From NCBI GenBank assembly GCA_030637655.1, contig DAOWGI010000027.1, positions 57,576 through 121,575 of the forward strand: a stretch of 64,000 bases of DNA. Reading direction: 5' to 3'. This stretch comes from a candidate division FCPU426 bacterium (GTDB lineage Bacteria > Oederibacteriota > JAAXVQ01 > JAUVAV01). Positions 18,770-28,155 of the stretch are shown one piece after another; position 1 is the first letter of the stretch; the number at the start of each line of letters is the position of its first letter. The translations under genes and the position numbers were made by a program. The notes beneath the pieces were generated by a model, which did no database searches, had not been told where the DNA came from, and saw only the letters and a list, made by a program, of their open reading frames with translations.

Positions 18770-19615
18770 TTATCCCTTATGCAAACGATCCAATTTTTTC
18801 AGATCCTCGTCCCGGCCCAGGATCACCAGGGTGTCATCCTTGCCAACCTCATGATCCGGGGTAACCAAAACATCATAATACGCTTCCTCGTGACCCACAC
18901 CTTCTTTATCCAGCTCCAACTTCCTGTGTTTTAAGGCGATCACATTCACATTGAACTTATTACGCAATTTGGTCTCGCGCAGGGTTTTACCAATAATATC
19001 CGCCGGCGCCGGCACTTCCACCACAGAAATCCCTTCCGCCAACTGGAAATAATTCAGAACTCTGACTGCTGTGAGTTCACCAACCAAGTCAATGGCAGCT
19101 TCCCTTTCCGGAAACACAACCCGGTCAGCTCCCACTTTGTCCAGAATTTTCGCATGCAGAAGATTAGTAGCTTTGGCAATAATTTCCGGCACATCCAATT
19201 CCTTTAAGATCATCACAGCCAAAACCGAGGCCTCAATATTTTCACCGATAGACACGATGGCTGAATCCACGGCATCTACACCGGCAGCGTGTAAGGCTTT
19301 GACATCTGTTACATCAGCAGTAAGGGATTGGGTAACCAGATCTGACATTTCTTCAATACGTTCGGAATTGCTATCTATAGCCAATACTTCTACTTTGGCG
19401 CGAATCAACGCTTCAGCTACATTTTGCCCGAAATTACCAAGTCCCAAAACAGCAAACGAACGCCGTTTTTTAGATTCCATTCGCGTGGACAATGGCCGCA
19501 CTGATTTTAACCAATCGTCAAATTTAAACCAATCCAGATCCTGTTTTACAGTATTTTTGCCATTGGCTTTGGCACCTGCGGCTTTACCGCTCTTTTTCTT
19601 TTTGGACGCGCTCAT
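18770..19615 (-). CDS. ktrA: TrkA/KtrA potassium uptake RCK subunit
   Basis: FAVLGLGNFG Rossmann motif, GADRVVFPE and a C-terminal RCK_C (GKTLRE..LR..FNVNVIALK); ~50-aa N-terminal extension. Confidence 0.9.
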   Translation of the reverse strand: MSASKKKKSGKAAGAKANGKNTVKQDLDWFKFDDWLKSVRPLSTRMESKKRRSFAVLGLGNFGQNVAEALIRAKVEVLAIDSNSERIEEMSDLVTQSLTADVTDVKALHAAGVDAVDSAIVSIGENIEASVLAVMILKELDVPEIIAKATNLLHAKILDKVGADRVVFPEREAAIDLVGELTAVRVLNYFQLAEGISVVEVPAPADIIGKTLRETKLRNKFNVNVIALKHRKLELDKEGVGHEEAYYDVLVTPDHEVGKDDTLVILGRDEDLKKLDRLHKG

Positions 19616-20982
19616 CCGATACTCACTCTCCCCTCAGGATATTTCACTTGTGGATGCTGGGACTGGAAGGCTGCTGCCAGCCCCAAAGTTAATGGTCCTA
19701 AACGACCGATAAACATGGTGATTACAACCAATAGTTTTCCCGGGGTGGAAAACAAGGCGGACAAGCTGAGATTTCCGCCATCCCCCAAGGACAAACCCAC
19801 GGTCCCTATGGCTGATGCCATCTCAAATAACACCTGCCCAATACTACGATTCTCCAACAACTCTAAGGTTAGCGTTAACCCTATCAAGCTAATGCTCATA
19901 ACCACAAAAATCATTAACGCTTTGAAAATCGTCTCAGCGTTTATACGGCGGTGAAAAGCAGTTACTTCATTTTTTCCGCGAAGTGTGGCCCAAATTGCCA
20001 TGATAACAATCGCGAAAGTGGTGGTCTTAATCCCGCCTCCGGTTCCTCCGGGCGAGGCGCCTATAAACATCAGCGGGATCAACAGCGTCTGGGAGCGAAA
20101 CGCCAACGCGCTGGTATCCTGAATATTAAAACCAGCAGTGCGAGCCACTGAAGATAAGAAAAAAGCCTGTCCCCAATTCATCTCCGCGGTAAAATACAGC
20201 CCAATCGCTCCCAGCACGCTAAGCGCGAGGGTTGTAATTAATACAATTTTGGTATGCACGGATATTTTCTTGCGCTTACCGCGCAGAATATAAATAAACT
20301 CATGAAACACAAAAAATCCCAGCCCGCCTAAAACAGCCAAAAACAGAATGGTTGTTATAACCACAGGATTTCCACCCTCGCCCATTAAATTGTCGGAAAA
20401 CAGGCAAAAACCGGCATTGTTGAAGCCTGAGACGGCATGAAACACCCCCAGCGCCGCTGCCCTGCCAAACGTATGGTCACCTAGGAACGAAAACGTAATC
20501 ACAATCGCGCCCAGCAATTCCGCTCCGAGGCTGACAAATATCACGTTGCGTACAAAGCGTCCCATGCCTTCTGTGGTATCCAAATTCAAGGCCTGTTTGA
20601 TGGTTGCTCTTTCATTTACTCCCATTTTTCTTCCCAATAATACTGCCGCGGAAGTAGCTAATATCATATACCCCAAGCCGCCCACTTTAAAAAGCAGAAG
20701 AATAACACCCTGGCCAAAAGGAGTGAACGCGGTAGCTGTATCGCGTACAATCAGCCCGGTAACGCAGACTGCCGAGGTGGCTGTAAACAAGGCATCCACC
20801 CAAGTAATGGATTGATCCTTAGGCACTGACCAGGGCAAAAGCAGCAGTAATGTTCCCAAGAGAATAATAACCGCAAAAGACAGAACCAAACGCTGCGGTG
20901 GAGAGCTGCCAAGGGTTTTTCCCCCTGCTGCCGCACGGCGCGCGGTAAATATATCTTTTATGAATTCTTCCGTTGTTTTCAT
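19612..20982 (-). CDS. ktrB: TrkH/KtrB potassium uptake membrane subunit
   Basis: Four pore loops SAVCVTGL, SGFNNAGF, ARTAGF and SAIGTVGL; FIGASPGGTGGGIK; MFIGRLG. Confidence 0.92.
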   Translation of the reverse strand: MKTTEEFIKDIFTARRAAAGGKTLGSSPPQRLVLSFAVIILLGTLLLLLPWSVPKDQSITWVDALFTATSAVCVTGLIVRDTATAFTPFGQGVILLLFKVGGLGYMILATSAAVLLGRKMGVNERATIKQALNLDTTEGMGRFVRNVIFVSLGAELLGAIVITFSFLGDHTFGRAAALGVFHAVSGFNNAGFCLFSDNLMGEGGNPVVITTILFLAVLGGLGFFVFHEFIYILRGKRKKISVHTKIVLITTLALSVLGAIGLYFTAEMNWGQAFFLSSVARTAGFNIQDTSALAFRSQTLLIPLMFIGASPGGTGGGIKTTTFAIVIMAIWATLRGKNEVTAFHRRINAETIFKALMIFVVMSISLIGLTLTLELLENRSIGQVLFEMASAIGTVGLSLGDGGNLSLSALFSTPGKLLVVITMFIGRLGPLTLGLAAAFQSQHPQVKYPEGRVSIG

Positions 20983-21425
20983 GATTTCACCGTCGGAACA
21001 GTATCTTGCGCAATAAAAATCCTTTCGCTTTTAAATTTCCACGCCCAACGAACTAATAAAAAATATCCGACCGGACGAATCCCATTGCCAAATTGATCAA
21101 GCAATAAGTGGTGGAACAAACCAAAAGCCAGACCACCGGTGATGGCAGGAGCCACACCCAACCAGGCCGCGCCTGCCAATATAAGAATATACTCTATACC
21201 ATGAAAAAACAGGTATAAACGCGGTTCTTTATAGTTCATCCAAAACTCGAAAAAATCCCGAATAGAAACCCATTTCCGGCGAATCCCGAAATATTCAACC
21301 ACATGATCCAAATCCACCAGTACTCCGCTGAACACAGAACAGGCGGCAGCCTGCCAGGAGCCCAGCAGGCTGCCTACCAGCACACCACCGATGATTGATA
21401 CTGTTACATGAACACTAGGTCGCAT
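20979..21425 (-). CDS. Membrane protein, putative metal-dependent hydrolase-like
   Basis: Hydrophobic 148 aa with H...DLDH...FH...HHLLLD residues; ATGA-coupled to ktrB. Confidence 0.65.
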   Translation of the reverse strand: MRPSVHVTVSIIGGVLVGSLLGSWQAAACSVFSGVLVDLDHVVEYFGIRRKWVSIRDFFEFWMNYKEPRLYLFFHGIEYILILAGAAWLGVAPAITGGLAFGLFHHLLLDQFGNGIRPVGYFLLVRWAWKFKSERIFIAQDTVPTVKS

Positions 21426-21436
21426 AGGTAGTCTCT

Positions 21437-22975
21437 CTATTTGAACAATTCGTCAGATTCCGGCACATGGTCGGTCTTTAACCGGGAGGTTTCCCAAGGA
21501 TACACAGACAGCATTATACCTGTTACCAGGGTGGCAATCAGCCAGGTCACTCCAATACCTAACAGTGCGCTGACCGAATATCCTCCATAGCCTTTACTGA
21601 GTTCCGTATACAGGGAGCGGACCAACATGACCAGTAAAATGGCAGGAGTAAGATACTTTATCATAAAATCCCATACCCAGGTCAATTTAACCCGGGCTGT
21701 CGCATTAATATGGTTGCGGAGCACCTTGGTTTTCAAAACATATCCCACCACTAAACACTCCAGCAAACCGGCCAGGACCAAACCATATTGATTCAGGAAA
21801 TGATCTACAATATCCAGCCAAAACAGACCTCCACCGGTTGTGAAAATAAGGGACCCAAATAAACCAATCATACACAAGGCTGTCACAATCCATTTCCGGG
21901 CAAGCTTAAATTTATCCATAATCGCACTGGTCAGCGCCTCAACAATCGAGACCCCGGAAGAAAGGCCGGCCACGGTCAGGGCAGAGAAAAAGAGCACACC
22001 AAAGACTTCACGCAAAAACGGGAGCTTGGATATGGCTTCCGGGAAAACCACAAATGCCAGGGTAGGCCCGGATTTAATCACCTGATCAATTGGCAGACCT
22101 TTGGAATACGAGAGATATCCCAATATTGAAAAAACAGCAAACCCGGCCACAAACGAGTACAAACAGTTGGTCAAGGCGACAATCCAGGCATTTTGCACCA
22201 AGTCTGTCTTTTTGGGCAGATAACTGGCGTACGCGATCATAATTCCAAAAGAAATGGACAAAGTAAAGAAAATTTGACCATACGCTGCCATCCAGACTTT
22301 AAAATCGAGTAACTTTCCCCAATTGGGCTTTAAGTAATATTCAATTCCTTTGGCTGCTCCGGGCAGGGTTAAACCCCATACCACTAATATGATCGTAGTA
22401 ACCAACAAAACAGGCATAAATATTTTGCACGCCCGTTCAATTCCCCGGTGTACTTCCTGGTAAGTAATAAACCAGGTCACAAACCACATGAGTGCAGTGG
22501 CTGTCGCAATGATCCCTTGCAGACCACCCAGCTCACCCGGACCTTTGGTAATGCCTAAAAATTGGTTCAGAAAAAAGTCCTGCGTATCACTGCCCCAGGC
22601 CAGATTAAAGGAAAAAATCGTGAAGTTCGCGCACCAGCCAATAACCACTTGATAATAAAACATAATGCCAAACATAACAAAAATGGGCATCCACCAGCCC
22701 AGCCATTCCATCCGCCGGCTCAGCTTGGCAAACGCCAAGGGCGCTGAGGCTTTTTCACGGTGACCCAGACCATATTCCAGCATCAGCAAAGGAATGCCTG
22801 CTGAAAAAAGCGCCACAAAATAAGGAATCAGAAACGCTCCGCCGCCATTATCATAGGCCATATAAGAAAAACGCCAAATGTTTCCCAGCCCAATGGCTGA
22901 GCCAATGGCTGCCAGAAGAAATCCCCAATTTGACGAAAAAATACCGCGTTTGTGTTCAGTTGAGGAAGTGTTCAT
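21437..22975 (-). CDS. Sodium-dependent transporter, NSS (LeuT/SNF) family
   Basis: GSAIGLGNIWRF, NGGGAFLIPY, QIFFTLS and YASY motifs. Confidence 0.93.
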   Translation of the reverse strand: MNTSSTEHKRGIFSSNWGFLLAAIGSAIGLGNIWRFSYMAYDNGGGAFLIPYFVALFSAGIPLLMLEYGLGHREKASAPLAFAKLSRRMEWLGWWMPIFVMFGIMFYYQVVIGWCANFTIFSFNLAWGSDTQDFFLNQFLGITKGPGELGGLQGIIATATALMWFVTWFITYQEVHRGIERACKIFMPVLLVTTIILVVWGLTLPGAAKGIEYYLKPNWGKLLDFKVWMAAYGQIFFTLSISFGIMIAYASYLPKKTDLVQNAWIVALTNCLYSFVAGFAVFSILGYLSYSKGLPIDQVIKSGPTLAFVVFPEAISKLPFLREVFGVLFFSALTVAGLSSGVSIVEALTSAIMDKFKLARKWIVTALCMIGLFGSLIFTTGGGLFWLDIVDHFLNQYGLVLAGLLECLVVGYVLKTKVLRNHINATARVKLTWVWDFMIKYLTPAILLVMLVRSLYTELSKGYGGYSVSALLGIGVTWLIATLVTGIMLSVYPWETSRLKTDHVPESDELFK

Positions 22976-23098
22976 AAATCCCCTTTAAAAATAACAAAGC
23001 AGGCCGCGAAAACTTCTTCACAGCCTGCACTTAATGCTTAAGGTGAAATGATACGCACTAACCTAAACCCTGTCAAATGGAAAAACGAGAATTTTGGA

Positions 23099-23327
23099 AC
23101 ATGTCAGTGATGGTACTGGGAGCCTTGTCGAATTTTACTCTTTCTCCCCCTTTTGTAAAGGGGGCAGGGGGGATTTAATCAATAAAACGCCCACTTTTAT
23201 AATAAAATCCCCCTCAATCCCCCTTTTTAAAAAGGGGGAAGAGTGTTTAAAATCCGCTTTTGTGCCTAAATCCAACAGGCTCCTAGCAAACCTGAAAAAC
23301 CTTTCTAGTACCATCACTGATATGTTA
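23099..23327. mobile_element. Three-layer nested inverted-repeat element (ACATGTCAGT family shell)
   Basis: ACATGTCAGTGATGGTACT...AGTACCATCACTGATATGT|TA; inside it GGAGCCTTGTCGAATTT...AAATCCAACAGGCTCC; inside that a CCCCCTTT/AAAGGGGG hairpin doublet. Confidence 0.75.
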
Positions 23328-23460
23328 CGGAATATTATAATCAGTTAGTTTCAGTTGCGGAAAGACTGTTTTTTAAAAAAGCCTTTTTAGCCGTCATCCC
23401 GGCTAAAATCATGCCAGGCGGTTTTCAAAATGGTATCCCCGGAATGAATTATAATTATAA

Positions 23461-24189
23461 CTAATAACCCCACTCTTCATGCGCCAATGGTGTGCTGTTC
23501 AATATCTTTTTCTGCATTTCCCATTTGGGATAAAACTTGTCCATATATGCTTTGAATTTATCATTATGCAGGCGTTCGAGCAGATGAATCATTTCATGAA
23601 CAAGAATATACTCAAGACATTCTATTGGTTTCTTGGCTATTTCAAGATTGATCCAGACACGTTTGTCTTTTATATTGCACGTTCCCCAGCGGGTGCGCAT
23701 TCTTTTAACGCTCCAGTCATTTACTTTAACACCAATGACCTGCTCCCATTTGGTAATCAATTCGGGTAATTGCTTTTTCAGATGATCACGATACCATTCA
23801 TAGAGCGCAAGCTCTCGATTCTTTCTTGTTGTTCCGGGGTTGACATACAAAATCAATTTCGTATTATTCTTCATCACAACTTCATGCCTTCCATAACGTT
23901 CATTAACTTCGAGCAAATAACGTCTTCCCATGAAATAATGGCTTTCACCGGATACAAATTCCCTGGCTGATTGTCTGGGTTGGTCTATAAACTTCGACTG
24001 ATGTCTTTTTATCCATCTCATTCTGGTAATAATAGCCAATCGGACGTTATCATCATCCAGCTGATTAGGTACTGCAACTCGAATTCTGCCATTTGGCGGA
24101 TACACAGCCAAATGAAGATTTTTAATTGGTTTACGTACCACTTCCACTTCAAGATTGCTTACTGTAATGAAATGTTTGCTAGTACTCAT
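23461..24189 (-). CDS. M48/YgjP (DUF45)-like zinc metallopeptidase associated with type I R-M
   Basis: SGESHYFMG, MRTRWGTC and EYILVHEMIHLLERLHN (HExxH). Confidence 0.9.
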   Translation of the reverse strand: MSTSKHFITVSNLEVEVVRKPIKNLHLAVYPPNGRIRVAVPNQLDDDNVRLAIITRMRWIKRHQSKFIDQPRQSAREFVSGESHYFMGRRYLLEVNERYGRHEVVMKNNTKLILYVNPGTTRKNRELALYEWYRDHLKKQLPELITKWEQVIGVKVNDWSVKRMRTRWGTCNIKDKRVWINLEIAKKPIECLEYILVHEMIHLLERLHNDKFKAYMDKFYPKWEMQKKILNSTPLAHEEWGY

Positions 24190-27100
24190 GCTGATTAACC
24201 ACCAATTCAAATATTGCTTCTACCAGGCTATCTTCTGCACTATCCCCACCTAGTTCCTGACGAATAGCACTACGTACTTCCCGTTGTTTGAATCGATTAG
24301 ACCTAAATCCTTCACGTACGGTATGGCGGACAACAGTATCAATCCGAATTGCCAATTCCTCATTTTTATCCAAGTTATCATAAAGTGCACGTTGGGCCGG
24401 AGTATTCATAGACGTCGGATAGCCTGATGTTTTCTCGGGTTTTTTTAACCGCTCAGCTAATTCCTTAATACGTTCCAGATATTCTTCGTATCGCAGTGCC
24501 TGTTCTTTCCTCTCTTTTATCAATGCTTCCAATAATTTTGACAAATTCTCATAATACGCAGGATTGGTTGAGTACTCATCAATAATAACTTTTCGAAAAT
24601 TATTTTCAATTGTATCAGCCATGGCTTCCTGATTATCACGAATAGACTTAGGCAGTTTGTTAAGACCATCAAGACCATTCTCAACAATTAGTTCTACCAG
24701 CCCCAGCTCTTCAAATTCTGATATTTTTTTACTTTCATCTGCCTGTACATACGTATCAAGCAGATGGCGCATGGCAGGTTCAAAACGTTTCATGTCAAGG
24801 TAATCACCACTAGCGATTTTTATTTCCTCACGAACTTTACTGTAATAAGTTACTTCTTCTTTAATTGTCTTTATTTCCTCATCATTATATCCGGCATCTT
24901 TCATCTCATTTGCCAGATTGGCATACGCTCTTATAAATGATGCAACAAGTTTATAAAGCACAACACGTTTTGATTCGTTTTTCTTCAAAGCATCTTTATC
25001 ATCCTCAGGTAAAGAGCAAAAATAATGAATATAATCGGAAATATTTCTTGGCATAGCCACAGGTTCACAAAGTGCTTTAACAGCTTCACGTACTTCATCC
25101 AATCGTTCTTTGCCTTTTTCCAATCGATCTGACAGAAGCCCTGCTACATCTTCTTTGTCATATCCGGCAAATGCATCCCCGGTATAATCATTGAGCGCAC
25201 CACATAAGCTATTGAACAAATCTTTATAATCAATAATATAGCCATATTCTTTATCTTCACCATCCAGGCGGTTAACACGACAGATGGCCTGAAATAGACC
25301 ATGATCATGCATAGACTTATCAATATAAAGATAGGTTGCAGAAGGCGCATCAAAACCTGTCAATAATTTATCCACTACAATTAGAAGACGCATCTGGCCA
25401 GGTTCATCAACAAACCTTTTTTTCACCTCTTCTTCAAATTTTTCCACTTTGGACATTGCTTTATCCGCTGATTCATCAAAATAATCTGCCAACATTTTGC
25501 GATAGATCTCATACTGTCTCAATTTTTCAGTCATACCTTCGCCTGATTCTTCCAGCTTAATATCCGCAGGTGATGGTTTGTAACTGGTGATGATGGCACA
25601 TCTTCCTGCCAGATCGGTTTTGGTAAAAAGTTCAAAAACTTTGCAAGCCTGATAAATGCTGGAGCATACAAGCATGGCATTACCTCCGCCATTCATTAAA
25701 CGAGGTTTAAGTGCCATATCAAGCAGAATATCGGCAACGATCTTTTCAAGTCTATTCTGACTTGAAAGAATTTTTTGCATGGTTCCCCATTTTTGTTTTA
25801 GCTGAAATTTGGCCACATCAGTAAGATTTCTGGTTTTGGCTTTAAACCATTGATCTATTTTGTCTTTCGACGTTAGACTTTGGTCAATGTCTCTGGCCTC
25901 ATAACACAAATCAAGAACAACTTTATCGTTTACCGCTTCGTCATATTTGTAAGTATGAATATAGGGACCAAAGGTTTCTATACTCATTTGCTTATCAGTT
26001 CTTAAAAGCGGTGTACCTGTAAAGCCTATACTCATACTATTAGGCAATATTTCTTTCATGGCTTTATGCAATATACCTGATTGGGTACGATGACATTCAT
26101 CAATAAATACAAAAAGTTCACCCTTAGGCTTAAAATCTTTTTTTAGAAATTTATTAAGCTCAGCAATATATTGCTCCATAGCTTGATCTTCTGTTCTGCC
26201 AAATTTGTGGATTAACGAACAAATAAGCCAGGGTTTGGTACTATTGAGATTATCCATAAGATCGGAACCGCTCTTTGTTCTGTAAATTTCTTCATCAATT
26301 CCAAAGAAAACACCTTCGATCTGCTCATCCAATTCTGTTCGATCCGTAATGATCAATACTCTGGTATTGGTAACATTTTCACGAATCCACTTGGCTAGCC
26401 AAACCATGATCAGACTCTTACCAGATCCTTGGGTATGCCAGATAATGCCGCCTTCGCGCTTTTTAACATGATCTTGTGCTGCTTTTACACCATAGTATTG
26501 ATTGTGACGCGAGACCTTTTTTATGCCTTTATCAAAAACAATAAAATCATGAATCAATTCCAAAAATCGCTTTTTATTACAAAGCTGGGTTAAATCACGA
26601 TCAAGGAGATTGGCAATATCACTGGATGCTTTCCATTTGAGGTAATACTTTTCCTGTGTTTCGATCGTTCCATAGCGCAAGCCTTGGGTATCATTGCCGG
26701 CCATAACCAATTGCATGGTCGTAAAAAACGGCCTGATAAATTCTTTTTTTTGATTATCCAGATTTTGACGGATGCCGTTTTCCAGGGTTACGCTGGAGCG
26801 TTTGAGCTCGAGAATGGCAAGGGCAATACCATTGACATACAGCACAATATCCGGCCTTTTGTTATACTTGCCAAGTACAGTTACTTCTTCCGCTATGGCA
26901 AAATCATTCTTTTCCGGTTCTTTCCAATTAATCAGCCATACTGTCTGATAGTTATCACCTGCGCCTTCTCTGACCTTAACACCATAGCGCAGCTTACTAT
27001 AGACTTCTTTGTTGGCATCATAGAGATTGCGGCCGTCACCAATAGCTGATGCTTTATCCAAATCATAGAGCGCTTTATTGATCAGTGTCTCATTAACACC

Positions 27101-27244
27101 CTGCTTAGCAAGCCAATGCTTTAATATCTCAGGTTCAATATTGCGGTTATCAGGCCTATCTTTCCAATCACCAAGATAGCGATAATTCAGTTGTTTGGTA
27201 AAAAGCTCAATTACCCGGTTTTGTGTGTGTCGTTCAGTTGCCAA
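24179..27244 (-). CDS. hsdR: Type I restriction endonuclease subunit R
   Basis: RPDIVLYVNGIALAILELK nuclease motif, WHTQGSGKS, DECHR, GFTGTP, LLTGFDAP and QAICRVNR; TTG start after AGGAGG. Confidence 0.95.
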   Translation of the reverse strand: MATERHTQNRVIELFTKQLNYRYLGDWKDRPDNRNIEPEILKHWLAKQGVNETLINKALYDLDKASAIGDGRNLYDANKEVYSKLRYGVKVREGAGDNYQTVWLINWKEPEKNDFAIAEEVTVLGKYNKRPDIVLYVNGIALAILELKRSSVTLENGIRQNLDNQKKEFIRPFFTTMQLVMAGNDTQGLRYGTIETQEKYYLKWKASSDIANLLDRDLTQLCNKKRFLELIHDFIVFDKGIKKVSRHNQYYGVKAAQDHVKKREGGIIWHTQGSGKSLIMVWLAKWIRENVTNTRVLIITDRTELDEQIEGVFFGIDEEIYRTKSGSDLMDNLNSTKPWLICSLIHKFGRTEDQAMEQYIAELNKFLKKDFKPKGELFVFIDECHRTQSGILHKAMKEILPNSMSIGFTGTPLLRTDKQMSIETFGPYIHTYKYDEAVNDKVVLDLCYEARDIDQSLTSKDKIDQWFKAKTRNLTDVAKFQLKQKWGTMQKILSSQNRLEKIVADILLDMALKPRLMNGGGNAMLVCSSIYQACKVFELFTKTDLAGRCAIITSYKPSPADIKLEESGEGMTEKLRQYEIYRKMLADYFDESADKAMSKVEKFEEEVKKRFVDEPGQMRLLIVVDKLLTGFDAPSATYLYIDKSMHDHGLFQAICRVNRLDGEDKEYGYIIDYKDLFNSLCGALNDYTGDAFAGYDKEDVAGLLSDRLEKGKERLDEVREAVKALCEPVAMPRNISDYIHYFCSLPEDDKDALKKNESKRVVLYKLVASFIRAYANLANEMKDAGYNDEEIKTIKEEVTYYSKVREEIKIASGDYLDMKRFEPAMRHLLDTYVQADESKKISEFEELGLVELIVENGLDGLNKLPKSIRDNQEAMADTIENNFRKVIIDEYSTNPAYYENLSKLLEALIKERKEQALRYEEYLERIKELAERLKKPEKTSGYPTSMNTPAQRALYDNLDKNEELAIRIDTVVRHTVREGFRSNRFKQREVRSAIRQELGGDSAEDSLVEAIFELVVNQHEY

Positions 27245-27254
27245 TGATGACCTC

Positions 27255-28097
27255 CTATTTATCGCCCAGCTTTTTTCTTTTATCTTGTTCAAGGTAATTC
27301 TGTTTTGATACCACACTTCTGCCTAATTCTTTTTCTGTTGCTTTGCGGGCATTGCCGGCAACTTTTCCGCCTCGTTTGGCGACTTTTTTATTTTTCTCAA
27401 AGGTAGTGGGTTTTTCTTTTTTTGAAATCTCGGTTGTAACGCGCTCGCCCAACATATTAAAGATCAATTCCAGATCATCCATGTGATCCCGTAAATTGGC
27501 TTTTGATTTTTCAGGAATATTTTTATGCTTCATATATCCAGTTGGTGTCATGCCAAAAGTTGCTTTTGAAATCTCGGCAGTTAAAATAGAAAACTCTTTT
27601 TGACCTTCAATTCCCCGCTCTTTCCACTCATCAGTCAGATTCTGACGAATGGCAATACCCCTAAGTCGTTTATCTATCCAATCCTTTGGGTATCCTTTTT
27701 GTTCGTATATTTCTTTCATCCGCTGTTGAGCCAACTCGGGATTTTCGATTTCATCAAGCCTGTCCTGTCCAACCTGAGCCAACCAGCGTTTGAATGGTTC
27801 AGCTTTTTGGGAGGGAATTGACTGGATCAAGCGCAAAGCACTTTTGGTATTCACACAGTCAGTTTGACGCATTTTCCCATCCTCGGCAGGTAATTTCAAC
27901 TGTACCCAAATTGGGGACAGTTGAAGCTGAATAAACTCTCTTTCCTTCAATTTGCCCCAATATTGCCTTGGTGTAGGGCTTTCGGTTAGCGCTGAGATAA
28001 TATCCACCACCGAATAGTACCACTCATCTTCATACCATAGCCTTCGAATTTCCTTACTTTGAAAAATCACAAGTTTGTCAGTATGTTCTTTTGACAT
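27255..28097 (-). CDS. Bro-N domain (phage antirepressor-like) DNA-binding protein
   Basis: F..KEIRR.W...EWYYSVVDII..L, LIQSIPS.KAEPFKRWLAQVG and NLRDHM motifs. Confidence 0.85.
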   Translation of the reverse strand: MSKEHTDKLVIFQSKEIRRLWYEDEWYYSVVDIISALTESPTPRQYWGKLKEREFIQLQLSPIWVQLKLPAEDGKMRQTDCVNTKSALRLIQSIPSQKAEPFKRWLAQVGQDRLDEIENPELAQQRMKEIYEQKGYPKDWIDKRLRGIAIRQNLTDEWKERGIEGQKEFSILTAEISKATFGMTPTGYMKHKNIPEKSKANLRDHMDDLELIFNMLGERVTTEISKKEKPTTFEKNKKVAKRGGKVAGNARKATEKELGRSVVSKQNYLEQDKRKKLGDK

Positions 28098-28155
28098 CTT
28101 TACATATTCCTCCTCTATGTAGAATTTTTGGTTCTACACAGTTAGCCCGATATTT

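Noticed and set aside
22976-23095. c-di-AMP or amino-acid riboswitch upstream of the NSS/ktr operon
   Set aside because: No recognisable conserved motifs; only a weak GCAGGC/GCCTGC stem.
23094-23348. ORFs 23094-23348 (+) and 23135-23317 (-)
   Set aside because: Both lie within or essentially coincide with the nested palindromic element; their PFxKGG-like peptides are a by-product of the hairpins.
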